A stretch of DNA of 64,000 nt from Dictyostelium discoideum. Taxonomy: Eukaryota. The notes under the pieces are model-generated. The model had not been told where the DNA came from and ran no database searches. It saw only the letters and a list, made by a program, of their open reading frames with translations. Made by a program: the position numbers and the translations under genes. Positions 10,961 through 29,289 of this stretch are shown piece after piece. The DNA is taken from the NCBI GenBank assembly GCA_000004695.1, contig CM000154.2, forward strand, positions 736,001 to 800,000, given 5' to 3'. Within the stretch, counting starts at the first letter, position 1. The number at the start of each line of letters is the position of its first letter.

Positions 10961-11812
10961 TTATGATTGTAATTGTGATTGTAATTGTGATTGTAATTGT
11001 GATTGTGATTGCGATTGTAATTGTGATTGTAATTGAGATTGTAATTTTTTTGATTTTTTTAAACTAATTATTTTATTAGCATTTATGATTAAACATTGTA
11101 AATTAAAATCAAAAGGTATCGATGGTACAGAGATATTATTTTCTAAACGATTAATTAAATCATTTGAGCCATTTTCACCAATTAATTCTATTAAATAATT
11201 TTTAAAAGTGGCTTTATCAATTAAACCATTACCAAATGCAATTGATAATAACATTAACACACCAAAACCTTCATTGTCTTTTTCAACTTTAAATTGTTTT
11301 GAAAATGTTATTTCTGGTGTATTACCTGAATTTCCTAAATTTATACTATCTTGACTATCATCATTTGTACTACCTGATATACTATCTTCCCAATATTCTT
11401 CCTCTATATTATTACTAGAATTAAAAATATTTCTTTTTTCACAAACTTGTTCACAATTTATGGAATCATTAACATCATTATTATCATCATTATCAATATT
11501 ATTATTATTATTATTACTATCATCATCATTTTTAATATTTTTATTATTATTATTAATAACATCTTTTGCTGGCTTAAAACTATTTTGAAAGAAACTTTTA
11601 TTTGCAAGAAAATTGGGAAATGGTGCTTTAGTTGTGAAATTTCTGGTATTTTTATTTGAAAAATTTAATCCAAATACATCTTTATTATTACTATAATTAT
11701 TCTTATTATTGTCATCATCTACATTTATGGCTCTTCCATAACTATTTTTTATTTTATTGCGACTATTAATATTGAAGGTAAAACTTTTCTTACCACCAAA
11801 TATTGTATGCAT
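10961..11812 (-). CDS. Hypothetical Asn/Asp-rich protein (283 aa) ending in a (QSQL)n tail encoded by a (TGTAAT/TGTGAT)n repeat.
   Basis: Track ORF. The central segment (GFGVLMLLSIAFGNGLIDKATFKNYLIELIGENGSNDLINRL) is not low-complexity. No family recognised. Confidence 0.4.
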   Translation of the reverse strand: MHTIFGGKKSFTFNINSRNKIKNSYGRAINVDDDNNKNNYSNNKDVFGLNFSNKNTRNFTTKAPFPNFLANKSFFQNSFKPAKDVINNNNKNIKNDDDSNNNNNNIDNDDNNDVNDSINCEQVCEKRNIFNSSNNIEEEYWEDSISGSTNDDSQDSINLGNSGNTPEITFSKQFKVEKDNEGFGVLMLLSIAFGNGLIDKATFKNYLIELIGENGSNDLINRLENNISVPSIPFDFNLQCLIINANKIISLKKSKKLQSQLQSQLQSQSQSQLQSQLQSQLQS

Positions 11813-12033
11813 TTCTTTATTCTTTGTCCACTTTTTTTTTTTTTTTTTAATAGATTAAAAGCATAAAAAAAAAAAAAAAAGGTTGAGTAATTAATATTTA
11901 TATAATAAATAAATTTAATAATTTCGCTCAAAAAAAAATAATAATAATTAAAAAAAAAAAATAATAATAATTAAAAAAAAAATAATAATAATTAAAAAAA
12001 AAAAAATTAAACAAGAAAAAAAAAAAAATTAAA

Positions 12034-12071
<38 letters not shown>

Positions 12072-12431
12072 AAATTAAATTAAATTATTTAAAATAAATA
12101 TAATAAAATAAACTTTCCAAAAATAAAAAGCTTAAAAAGGATTTGTAAATATAAAAAAAAAAATCTATTAAAAAAAAAAATAAAAAAAAAACTAAAAAAA
12201 ATTAATAGCAAAAAATAATCAAAACGAAACCCACTCCCCCCACACTACTCCCCTTTATTTCATTTTTATTGATTAAAATACTTTAATTGGTAATGTAATA
12301 ATAAAATTGTATTGCTGGTTATTGTAGTTGTAGTTGTTTTTTTAATTAATTGGTTACTCTTTAAGTAAAAGTAAAAAAAATAAAATGAACCAAATGAGAC
12401 TTGCAGTATTTTTATTATTATTATTATTATT

Positions 12432-12464
<33 letters not shown>

Positions 12465-12975
12465 TTCATTATTATTATTATTATTTATATTTATCTGAGG
12501 GTAGCCAGAATTTCCATTTGATCTGAACGATTCAAATCTTCCAGTGGTTAAAGCAGGAAACATTGGTTTTTGTTTAAAATTTGAAATATTGTTTTTTTTT
12601 TTTGAACTGGAAATCTTTGTTTTTTTTAAAAAAGAAAAAAGATTAATATGATTTTAGAATGATAAAAAACAAAAATAAAAAAAAAAAAAAAAAAAAATAA
12701 TAATCTTAAAAAAAAAAAAAAAAAATTAAAAAATAAAAAAAAAAAAAAATAATTAAAAAAAAGAAATTAGTTTGCTCAAAATAAGTAAAAATAATATAAA
12801 ATTAAAAATAAAATAAAATTAAAAATAAAAAAATAAAATAAAAAAAAAAAAAATTAAAAAAAAAAATTAAAAAAAAAAAAAAAAAAAAAATTTTCGATAC
12901 CCAATCATTATTGTTCACAAATAATCGACACTTCAATAAATATAAATATATCAATAACAACAGCAATGGTAATAA

Positions 12976-13441
12976 TTTTAAATAATCAAATTTTCAATCA
13001 ACCCAACAAACAAACAAAAAAAAATAAAAAATAAAAATTAATAAACTAACTTATTTTTTTTTACAAAAAAAAAAATAAAAATAAAATAAAAACAACTCAA
13101 TCATACACCAATTTATTTATTTATTTATAATACAGTCATCATCAATTAAATCATTCAAACCATTATTTGATCGTATTTTAGTTCAAAGATTAAGAAACTC
13201 TGATATTAAAACTGGTGGCGGTATTTATATTCCAGATAAAGTTGCAAATAAAACACACGAAGCTGTCGTAATTGAAGTTGGCACTGGAAGACGTACTGCC
13301 AATGGTTTTGCTCCACCACTCTTAAAGAAAGGTGATCGTATTTTACTTAATGAATCTCCACTTGGAGAAAAAATCACTGTAAATGGTGTTGAATGTGAAA
13401 TTCTCTCTGAAAATGAAGTTTTAGGTTTTATGGGAAATTAA
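12976..13441 (+). CDS. hspE: Chaperonin 10 / Hsp10 (mitochondrial co-chaperonin, GroES family), 102 aa. Exon 1 is the ATG only (12976..12978). Intron 12979..13135. Exon 2 13136..13441.
   Basis: Translation MSSSIKSFKPLFDRILVQRLRNSDIKTGGGIYIPDKVANKTHEAVVIEVGTGRRTANGFAPPLLKKGDRILLNESPLGEKITVNGVECEILSENEVLGFMGN. This matches the cpn10 signature (PLxDRVLV, GGI.IP, AVG.G, GD.VL). ATG|GTAATA donor, ...tacag| acceptor. Absent from the ORF track because the intron follows the start codon. Confidence 0.8.
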
Positions 13442-13667
13442 AAAAAAATAAAATAAAATAAAAATAAATAAATAAATAAATAAATAAAACAAAAGTAATA
13501 AAAAAAAAAATGTACAAAAAAAAAAATAAAAAAAAACTTAAAATCGAGAAATTTAAAAAAATACTTGGATGCCCAAGATCTTTTTTTTTTTTTTTTTAAT
13601 ATTATAAATTTTTTTTTTTTTAATATTATAAATTTTTTTTTTTTTTCTTTTTTTTTAATTTATTTTA

Positions 13668-14615
13668 TTAATGAAGTAAATTTAATTTTTTTAATTCTTC
13701 TAATTCTGGAGTATTTTCAGGGGTGAAATTAGTCATGAATTCGACTTGAGTTGACATGGCAGATTTAATTTTCTCTTCTTCAGTACGTTTATCAGTATCG
13801 ACGATACCATATTCATCACCAAGAGCCTTCATTTTTTCACGATACCAACGAAGTACCTTAAAGAAATCTGAATGCATTTCAAGCATACGTACACGTTTAG
13901 CCATTGCAGAAGGATCTTCAACCATATTTTTAGAGACATATTCAAGATCTTGTTCCAATTCAGCAATGATATGAGAACGACGTGGGTTATCTTCTGGGAA
14001 ACTTTTGACAGCTTCGATTTGAGCTTCAATAATCTCCTTTTCCATTCTATGATATTGACGAAGACGACCATCCAATGAAGCAGAGAAGAAATCTTGGCTC
14101 TCTTGGAGATTGTAGGTGATCTCGTCGAGACCCTCTTTGTATGCGCTGTACTTTTCTTTGGATAATGGTTCGTTTGGGATCACTTCAAAACCCAAATCCA
14201 TCTTTAAATGATTTACACAATAATCGTCCAAACCATCCTCTAACCATTTAGTAACCTGAACGATACCATTTGACCAAACGTAAAGTTTTCTATATTCCTC
14301 GGCTTTGGTTGAGAATTTCTTTTTCATTGATACTAATTTATCATTCTCCTCTTGTAACTCCTCTTCATATTCACGACGTTTTGGATGAATTGGGAATTTC
14401 TTCATTACATTCAATTGTGCTTCAATCATATTTTGATCTGTTGTAACCTTTTTTAATTCATCTTCAAAGTATTCTGCTTGTTGTAATTTGGTTGCACTAC
14501 CACCAACATAAAAGTTGGTCATAATTTTCATTACTCTCTTTAATTTTTTATATTCTTGAATTGTTGGTGTATCATTGATATAATCAATATCATCTGCTGG
14601 TAAAATTCCGTGCAT
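13668..14615 (-). CDS. Conserved-looking helical/coiled-coil protein, 315 aa, no low-complexity. Family not recognised.
   Basis: Clean 315-aa ORF with compositionally normal sequence (MHGILPADDIDYINDTPTIQEYKKLKR...). Lies convergent with hspE, 227 bp between the two stop codons. Confidence 0.55.
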   Translation of the reverse strand: MHGILPADDIDYINDTPTIQEYKKLKRVMKIMTNFYVGGSATKLQQAEYFEDELKKVTTDQNMIEAQLNVMKKFPIHPKRREYEEELQEENDKLVSMKKKFSTKAEEYRKLYVWSNGIVQVTKWLEDGLDDYCVNHLKMDLGFEVIPNEPLSKEKYSAYKEGLDEITYNLQESQDFFSASLDGRLRQYHRMEKEIIEAQIEAVKSFPEDNPRRSHIIAELEQDLEYVSKNMVEDPSAMAKRVRMLEMHSDFFKVLRWYREKMKALGDEYGIVDTDKRTEEEKIKSAMSTQVEFMTNFTPENTPELEELKKLNLLH

Positions 14616-15625
14616 GGTCTTTAAAATTTAATATATTTATTTATATAAATAAATATATGTATTATTGTAATGATAAAATTAAAAAATTAAAATAAAAAAA
14701 TAAAAAAAAAAAAAAAAAAATGAAAAAACGAAATAGATTTTTTTTTATAAAAAAAATAAATTAAAATAAAAAAAAAAAAAAAAAAAAATTAAAACCCGAA
14801 TTTTGCCAGAGTTGATGATGTTATAATTGGTTTTAATTAAATATTTTTCTTTTTTTTTTTTTTAAAAAATTAAAAAAACCAAAAAAAAAAATAATTGAAT
14901 AAATATTTATATATATATTTCATATCAGTTATTTAAAAATTAATGAACATTATTTTTTTAATTTAATTTATTTTGGTTTAAAATTTATTGATGTTTTTGA
15001 AATTTATTTAATTTTATCCACTAAATTTTATTTTTATATATTATTTTATTTTCTATAAATGGATTATTTGTTAATTTATTTAAATGCCAAAAAAAAATAA
15101 AAAAATAAAAAAAAAGATGAATTTGGGAATTATTTAAATTTAAGTTAAAGTATAAATATAATAATTATTATTATATTAAAAGGAGTTAAAATGAAATTTT
15201 AGATAATTTTTTTTTTTTACTTTTTTAATACAAATAAATACCATTTATTTTATTAAAAATAAATGAATAAATAAAATAAAATAAAATAAAATTATTCAAA
15301 TCAGATAATAAAAAATAAATAAATAATTGGCAAAAAACCGAACGATTTTTTTTTTTTTTTTTATTTTTATTTTTTTTTTATTTTATTTTTTTTTTTTTCG
15401 TTTTCCAATTTTTTTTTTTTTTAGTTTTTTTATTCGTTTTTTTTTTTTCTCTTGATTTTTTATTGATTTATTTGTGTACAGTTTATTTAATTTCTTTTCT
15501 TTTTTTTTTTATAATCAATTTTTTTATATTTTTATTTTTATTTTATTATTTTTTATTTTTAAAAAAAAAAAAATAAATAAAAAAAAAGAGAAAAAAAAAA
15601 AAAAAAAGAAAAAAAAAAGAAAGAA

Positions 15626-19503
<3,878 letters not shown>

Positions 19504-19730
19504 AGAATTAATTCATAATAATAAAAAAAAAAAAAAATAAAAAAAAAAAAAAAAAAAAGTATTTACAAAAGATAAAATAAAATTAATAAATAAAAAAAAA
19601 AAAAAAATTATATAAAATAAAAACCAAAAAAAAAAAAAAAATAATTCAATATTATATTCCATTGTCAATTATTTGATTTCTTTTTCTCTTTTTTCTTTTC
19701 TTTTTTTTTTTTTATTCATAAATAGAAACA

Positions 19731-19744
19731 CACCACGTGGTGTC
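19731..19744. promoter_or_regulatory. Perfect 14-bp palindrome ACACCACGTGGTGT with a CACGTG core, 230 bp downstream of the bms1l stop, inside an AT desert.
   Basis: Seen directly in the sequence. Its function (terminator hairpin or bHLH/E-box site) is unknown. Confidence 0.3.
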
Positions 19745-19902
19745 TAAAATTTTTTTTTTTTTTTTAAAATTTTTTTCATTTTTTTTTTAAACTTTTCACC
19801 AAACAATAGTTTGCAAATTACATGCTTTTTTTATCTTTATTTTTAAAGATTTTAAATAGTTTTATTTAAAATTGTATTTAATTATATTTTATAATTATTT
19901 AC

Positions 19903-19942
<40 letters not shown>

Positions 19943-20112
19943 AAAATAAAAAGAAAAAAATATATATAAAATATAAAATATAAAATATAATATATAAAAT
20001 AAAAAATAAAAAATAAAATAATAGGTAAAATTCCATTTTTTTTTTTTTTTATTTCATTTTATTTTTTTATTTTTTTAATTTTTTTTATTTCTTTAAGAGA
20101 TTTTAAAATTAT

Positions 20113-21297
20113 TTGATGGATTTATTATGGTTATTACCTTTAATAATTGGTGCAATATTATGGGCAGGATGTGATGTAATTTCAGATGGTGTGATTGGAG
20201 AAGATCATGAAGAAGGAATTGAAGAGAAATCAAAAAAAGATATAGATTTAAAAACCATTGAAATTGCATCATCGTCATCAACAATATCAACATTATCATC
20301 ATCATCATCGTCATCATCATCAAGTAATAATCAACACCACCATGGTAGTGAACAATCATCAGATAAATTAACAGGCGAACAAGATTCAATTGTATCAGCT
20401 ATTGTAATGTTTTTTTTAGTAATATTAGTACATATGGCAATGGGTAACGAGCTATTGTATGATTATTATGAAAGTTATTTAGTGAATGGTGGATTCACAG
20501 CAGAGAATAGTTTAGAGCGTATTAAACCATCCACAATTACATTGGCAGCATTAATTGGAGGTGCATTTCAATGTGGCTCATTAATTTATCTATTGAAGGC
20601 ATTTGAAACATCATCTTCAACCATCATCGTACCAATGATGCAATTAAATTCAATCATAATTCTACCATTAAGCATCATCCTATCAATACTTTCCTACTAT
20701 TTCCCAATTTTGGTGACCTTTCATAAAATCATCACACCAACCCATCTATTTGCATTTGTTTTAATCTTTGTGGGAAGTTTCTATCCATCATTGGAGGGTG
20801 ATTTCAGCCAATTATCAAAGATGTCATTTTGGAGACAAAAGGCGGTCAAATACGTTTTAATCTCTGATTTCCTAATTGCAATCTACTATTTGATCGTATC
20901 GTTTTGTACAAATGAAACTGGTGCTATGAGCTCAAAATCTTTCTTGGTAATATCAACCTATGGTAGTTGTATGACCTTTGCGTTGTTAATTGCCTTTGTC
21001 AAAACTTTTAGAAGGTCTGCCTTAACATTGGTCAATGTCAAAAGAAAATATGTTTATCTATCCTCAGCTGGTGAAATTTTATCATTATCTGGTTACTTTT
21101 TTGTTTCAATATCTTATCATCTCTATTATAATAGTGGCATTGTTTCTGCCGCTGAAGGTGCCCTCAATCAATTCTTTAATCTCATAGTTGCCATTCTCTT
21201 AAAGAAATTTATAAACTTTGGTAGAGATGTTAAAAGAGTTAAAGAAAAGGTTTTCTCTTGTTTAATTGTTACTGTTGGTTTACTTTTAACAACTTAA
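20113..21297 (+). CDS. Polytopic membrane protein (about 10 predicted TM helices), 394 aa. It has a Ser-rich loop and looks like a DMT/EamA-type transporter.
   Basis: Track ORF with alternating hydrophobic segments (LLPLIIGAILWAG, IVMFFLVILVHMAMG, LAALIGGAFQCGSLIYLL, ...). The family call rests only on composition and topology. Confidence 0.55.
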   Translation: MMDLLWLLPLIIGAILWAGCDVISDGVIGEDHEEGIEEKSKKDIDLKTIEIASSSSTISTLSSSSSSSSSSNNQHHHGSEQSSDKLTGEQDSIVSAIVMFFLVILVHMAMGNELLYDYYESYLVNGGFTAENSLERIKPSTITLAALIGGAFQCGSLIYLLKAFETSSSTIIVPMMQLNSIIILPLSIILSILSYYFPILVTFHKIITPTHLFAFVLIFVGSFYPSLEGDFSQLSKMSFWRQKAVKYVLISDFLIAIYYLIVSFCTNETGAMSSKSFLVISTYGSCMTFALLIAFVKTFRRSALTLVNVKRKYVYLSSAGEILSLSGYFFVSISYHLYYNSGIVSAAEGALNQFFNLIVAILLKKFINFGRDVKRVKEKVFSCLIVTVGLLLTT

Positions 21298-21299
21298 AT

Positions 21300-21446
21300 A
21301 AACAAATAAATAAATAAATAAATTAATGAATAAATTAATAAATAAATAAATTAATAAATCAATTAATTAATTAATAAATAAATAAATTAATAAATTAATA
21401 AATTAATTAATTAATTAAATAATTAGTTAATAAATTAATAAATGAA

Positions 21447-21505
<59 letters not shown>

Positions 21506-21560
21506 ATTAATAAATTAATTAATAAATAAATAAATAAATAATAAATAAATAAATAAATAA
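21300..21560. repeat. (AAAT)n/(AAATA)n microsatellite array in the 3' flank.
   Basis: Seen directly in the sequence. Confidence 0.85.
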
Positions 21561-22175
21561 AAAATAAATAAATTTCAAAAAAAAAATTAATTTTTTTATA
21601 AATAATTTTAAATTTTATTCAATTTAATATTATTTGAGATTAGTTATTTAATTATTTTTTTATTTAGATGATAATATATTATTTATTAATTAATTAATTA
21701 AATTTTTTATTATTTATTTATTTAAAAATTATTAAAAAAAATTTTGATTTGTTTTCAAATGAAAATTTTTTTTTTTAGGAGGAATTGTAATCAACTATTA
21801 TTATTTTTTTCTCTTTTCGTTTATTAAAATCTTATTTAAAAAAAAAAAAAAAAAAAAATTAATAAAAAAAGGATTTAATTATTCATTTTATTTGCCCGAG
21901 TATCTCATTTAAAAAATAAAAAAAAAAAAAAAAAAAAAAAAAAATCGTTCAATAACCGCCAAAAAAAAATTTTCCACCCATTTTTTCAAATTTTCAAAAA
22001 CTTATTCTTAATACTTTTTTTTTTTATTTTTTTTTTTTTTATTTTTTTTTCAACTTACGTTCTTGTTTTATATCCATTTTTTTTTTTCCATTAATTTTTA
22101 TTATAAAATAAAAAAAAGATAAATTTTTTAAAAAAAAAAATAAAAAAAATAAATAAAAATATATATAAATTTAAA

Positions 22176-24474
<2,299 letters not shown>

Positions 24475-24532
24475 CAAATTTAACATATGTATAACAAAGA
24501 TTCGTAATAAAAAAGTTTATTTGTGTATATGT

Positions 24533-24574
<42 letters not shown>

Positions 24575-24581
24575 TTTATTT

Positions 24582-25257
24582 TTATTTTTTAAAAGGAGTA
24601 CAAATATGAGTACAACCAGTTGGACAAGATTTTTGATTTTTATCAATAAACCAACTTTTCATATGTTCTAAATGACCACCATGACCACAACCTTGACACC
24701 AAACCCACATACCTTTTACAGGTAAACGACAAATGGAACATTTACTTGATGCTTTATTACATTTCTCACAGATGATACTATTTTGAGGAATTGATTTGCC
24801 ACAGGATGAACAAGCACTAATGAGAGTGGTATGTCTTTTCGAAGCTTGATTAATGATTTGATCATCACAATATTTCATTACTTCCAAAGCCAAGCTCCAC
24901 ATTTTATAACGTTGAAGTAATTCAATGTAAGAACCAAACCACGTTGTCAATCTATGTTTTTCAATATTTAAATCCATATATCTTCCCAAAATTAATACAA
25001 TGAATACACATGTTTGAACATCACCTTTCTCTATACATGCTTCCAACATATCTGTTATAATTGGCTGAAAGTTAAATTCTTCAAATTCAAAACATGGTAT
25101 TAAAATCTTTAATGAATCATTTTCATCATTTGATTTATTATCTTCATCATTGATTTCTTTTTTATCTAAAATATCTTTTTTATTTTCTATTGATTTATTT
25201 TTGATTTTATTCTTTTTATTATTTATATTATTATTATTATTATTATCATTATTATTA

Positions 25258-25355
<98 letters not shown>

Positions 25356-26119
25356 GTTATCATTATTATTATTGATTTCATCGTTATCTTCACCAATATT
25401 GTCAACATCATTGTCGTCATCATCATTATTATCTTTATTGTCATTATCTATTTCATTATTATCTATTTTTTCTTTATTATCATTTCTTTTTTGTTTATTT
25501 TGATCAGTTAATGATGATTCTTTATTTTCTTTTGTTGATTTTGATTTATTACTTTTCTTTTCTAAATTATCTATATTGCTATTATTATTATTATTATTGG
25601 TTGGTTGATTTTGCCTTTTGATATTTACATGTACATTAGAATTATTATCTGAAATATTATCGGTTGATTTTTGTCTTTCTAAAGAAATTGATGTTGGTAA
25701 TGATACTAAAGGTGTAACAGCTTCCGCTGAGAGTATATTACAAAATTGATCATTGCCAGTATCATTTGCATTAAATTCCATTAATGAAGAGGAGGGTGGT
25801 TCTTTTGCAGTCATCATATCATTTGATGGGTCAAATATATCACCCATTTGATTATCATCAAGGTTATTACTTGTATTATCATCATCCTCTTCTTCATCTT
25901 CTTTGTCCTCTTTATTTATATTAATTTCTTGATTACTATCATTACTATTATCTATGATATTTTTTGAATCTAATTGTTTATTCTCTAAATTTTCAATATA
26001 TTGAATTTGTTGTTCTTTTATATTTTTATCATTTTGTTGTCGCAATTGTTGTTGTGGTTGTTGTAGTTGTTGTTGTTGTTGTGGTTGTTGTAGTTGTGGT
26101 TGTTGTAGTTGTTGTTGTG

Positions 26120-26168
<49 letters not shown>

Positions 26169-26637
26169 CTTTAATTTTTGAGGTTGCTGTTTTTCAATTT
26201 TTTTATTATTTAATTTTTCCAATTCTTCTTTTTGTTGTTGTTCGATTAATTCTTTATGTTGTTGAATTTCATCCAAGTTACTATAATGAAGTTTTAAAAG
26301 TGACCACATTGTACTTATATGATGTTGATTTACAGATTGTGATACAAATTGATTATGATCACATAATTGATTAAAAGATTCACCTCTAAATCTATAGTTT
26401 TTTGCAAAATGTTCAAATAAATATTTTTCGTCATATACAATTTCAGAGTTTTGATATTTTGGTGTATAAATATTCATTATACCTTGTTCAACTTTTACTA
26501 AAGGTGGTAATGGTGGTGGTGTTGGTACATTAAATGATGCAAAAAATGATGGAAATTGTGTTGATAAAGATGGTAATGATCTGAAATAATAATAATAATA
26601 ATAAAATATTAATATTAATAAATAATTTGAATTTAAC

Positions 26638-26734
<97 letters not shown>

Positions 26735-28012
26735 GTTGATTAATTAATTTAACTTACTCATTACTTTGTGTTCTATTAATTTTATCATTAATTGAAGCTA
26801 ATTCATTATTTACATTCCAAGTAATACCAGTTGTACGAATATGTTGATAAGGTTTATAAGAATCTTGAAACTCATTAAGGAGTAAATGGCTATCTTTACT
26901 ACAAGAGATTAGAGAGGAAGGTGATTTCCAAATTAGACCAGTTGGAACATCACGATGATCAGTGAAAGAGAATAGAGGGATATAAGGTTTTTTAACGTCC
27001 CAAATATGAATTTGAAAGTCTACGATTGAAGAACAACTTGCAATATGCCATTTGTTACCAGGACGCCATTTGATACGTGAAACACTTGAGATGGTGGAAA
27101 CATTGTTTAGAGATTTACCATTTGAGAAATCCCAAACTCTAATGGCACGATCTCTACCACCACTTGCAATGATATTCTTCTCTTCTGGATGCCAATCGAT
27201 GGTTAATACCAAACCTTGATGAGAGGTGATTTTCTCCACTGCAATCGTTGGTTTTCTGATATCCCATAATTGAATGGTACCATTATCAAATGCTGCAGCA
27301 AATTGATTGGCTTGTGATGGATTAAATTGAACGTCTCTTATCGATTCAGATTTTGGTGAAAATGTAATCTTACTTGCATTTGCACTATCCCTAATATCCC
27401 ACATTCTAAGGGTATTATCTTGTGAACCAGTTAATATACAATCCAATTTCTCTGGATGCCATGCTAATTTATTCACTGCTCTACTATGATCTGTAAAAAC
27501 TCTTTCAACTGATTTAGATCCTTCTCTAACTGTATTCCAAATTACTACTGCTCCATTTGTTGCTGCTGTTGCTATTAAAAATCTATAATCTTTTATTTTA
27601 TTTTATTTTAATATTTATATAATTATTTCTTTTTTTATTTTTATTACTAAATATTTTTTTTTACTTACTTTCTAATAATGATGGATGCCAACAACAATCA
27701 TTACCAGTATAATTTAATGATTGAGTTTTACCTGCTCTTAGATTACTTGTTACTTTAAATTCATTATTTTGTACAGAGACAATTTTCACAACTTATTTTT
27801 TTTAAAAAGTTTTTGAAAAAATTAGTATTTATTTATTTAATTTTATTATTTGTTTATTTATTTATTGTTTATTTGTTTGTTTGTTTATACATACTATCTC
27901 TACCGGCTACAATTAATTTTGTACTATCAGGTGATGAACTGATTGCACTAAGTGGACTACCCAAGTTTAAATAAGTCTGGCATTTATTTGGTGGTTGATT
28001 CATTTGATTCAT
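24582..28012 (-). CDS. wdr24: GATOR2 complex subunit WDR24 (yeast Sea2) orthologue, 1023 aa. Exons 28012..27895, 27791..27669, 27589..26758 and 26580..24582.
   Basis: The N-terminus (…CQTYLNLGSPLSAISSSPDSTKLIVAGRD|IVKIVSVQNNEFKVTSNLRAGKTQSLNYTGNDCCWHPSLLE|NYRFLIATAATNGAVVIW…) aligns with human WDR24 (…[54 protein letters not shown]…LLATAATNG). WD repeats are present (SESIRDVQF…NGTIQLWDIRKP…). The C-terminal RING-like zinc finger is present: WVWCQGCGHGGHLEHMKSWF…CPTGCTHIC. Donors GTATGT, GTAAGT, GTAAGT. Exon sum 3072 = 3 x 1024. Confidence 0.85.
26581..26757 (-). repeat. wdr24 intron 3, made up almost entirely of an (ATT)n/(AAT)n microsatellite (about 100 bp uninterrupted at 26641-26740).
   Basis: GTAAGT donor revcomp at 26752-26757. 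Acceptor tttcag revcomp at 26581-26586. Confidence 0.75.
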
Positions 28013-28641
28013 GATATATTAAATTTTATTGTAAACTATTTATATTATTATTATTATTGTTATTATTAACTATTATATATTATCTATCTATTATTAAATT
28101 TTTTTATTTTTATTTTTGTGTGTGCTGTATAAAAAAAGGGAACAATTATTAAAGTTGCTTTTTTTGAAATATCATATTAATAATAGAAATAAAGATTTTT
28201 AGATCTCCATCCCTATTGTAAAAATCAGTATACTATGATTAAATACTGATTCAAATAAAAAAAAAAAAAAATTTAAAATGATTTGTAATGAATGAGATAA
28301 TTATGTGTTTGTGCACACAGGTGAAGGTTGAAAAAAATAAAAATTAAAAAAAAAAAAATAAAATTAAAAAAAAAAAATAAAAAATTGTTGAAAAATAAAA
28401 AATAAAAAAAATAAAAAATAAAAAAAAAAAAAAAATGGTGGTTAGCAAGATAATTCCAAAATATCAAAAAAAAAAAAAATTAATCAATCGTTTTCCCAAA
28501 ATTTATAAATAGAACAAAAAAAAATAAATAAAGAAAATAAATAAAAAAAAAAAAACAATTAAATAAATAAATTATTTTAAAAGTGAAAAATTAATTTTTA
28601 TTTTAAAATTAATGATTAAATTTGATGATGACCAGGAAAAT

Positions 28642-29139
28642 TTAGAATCTGATATAAAGGATACTTAAATTTGGTTGTCTATTTCCTTCAATAATGAAAC
28701 CAAAAGTGTATGATGCATGGGCATTGATTGATTCTTGATAAGATGGAAGAGTCATAACACCTGGTGAAATACGAACCATATTCCAAAGTGAGCTTGAATC
28801 TCTTAATCTGAAACTATAATCATAACCAATATAAATATCCAAAATATTACAGTTTGTTGGATTTACAATTGTGACATCATATTGAGTGTAAGTTTTACCA
28901 CAGTCAACCCAACTATTAATACATTTGAACACTAAATAAACTTCTCTATAATGTCCATGGTCATAACAAGAACATTTGTTATCTTTTACATGACAAGTAT
29001 GTTCACCTCCACAATTACCTGGACAACTATAAGGTGGTCTTCCTCTTGCAACTGCATCATTGAACTCTTCAGAATTTTGAGCTGAAACAAATGCAATTGT
29101 TAATAATAAACCAAGTAATATTAATACTATTGATTTCAT
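28642..29139 (-). CDS. Small secreted Cys-rich protein (165 aa) with a CBM49-like carbohydrate/cellulose-binding C-terminal domain. Copy A of a tandem pair.
   Basis: Signal peptide MKSIVLILLGLLLTIAFVSA. N-terminal 8-Cys knot. C-terminal half VTIVNPTNCNILDIYIGYDYSF…LWNMVRISPGVMTLPSYQESINAHASYTFGFIIEGNRQPN resembles the CBM49 consensus (V.I.N…W…G.Y.LPSW..L.PG.S..FGYI..G..PA). Confidence 0.55.
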   Translation of the reverse strand: MKSIVLILLGLLLTIAFVSAQNSEEFNDAVARGRPPYSCPGNCGGEHTCHVKDNKCSCYDHGHYREVYLVFKCINSWVDCGKTYTQYDVTIVNPTNCNILDIYIGYDYSFRLRDSSSLWNMVRISPGVMTLPSYQESINAHASYTFGFIIEGNRQPNLSILYIRF

Positions 29140-29258
29140 TTTTTATTATTATTATTAAGATTTATAAATTATTCTTTAGCAATTTAATTTATTACTGTTA
29201 TAATTAAAATTCAAATATCCCTTTATATACTTTTTTTTAAAAAAATTAAAATAAATAA

Positions 29259-29289
<31 letters not shown>

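Noticed and set aside
12221-12260. C-rich stretch (aaacccactccccccacactactcccc), considered as a DUSE-like ncRNA promoter element; also acccacac at about 63310.
   Set aside because: Neither matches the [AT]CCCA[CT]AA consensus exactly. No downstream class-I RNA, snRNA or tRNA-like sequence (GTTCGA-type B box or CCTTACAGCAA motif) could be found by eye anywhere in the window.
12354-12563. 69-aa minus ORF with an Asp/Asn run.
   Set aside because: Short, low-complexity, no splice signals linking it to neighbouring genes. It is probably part of the hspE or upstream-gene promoter or UTR.
25150-26374. Plus-strand polyL/polyV ORFs and a minus polyI ORF inside the wdr24 exon.
   Set aside because: They are alternative-frame or antisense readings of the coding (AAT)n/(CAA)n tracts.
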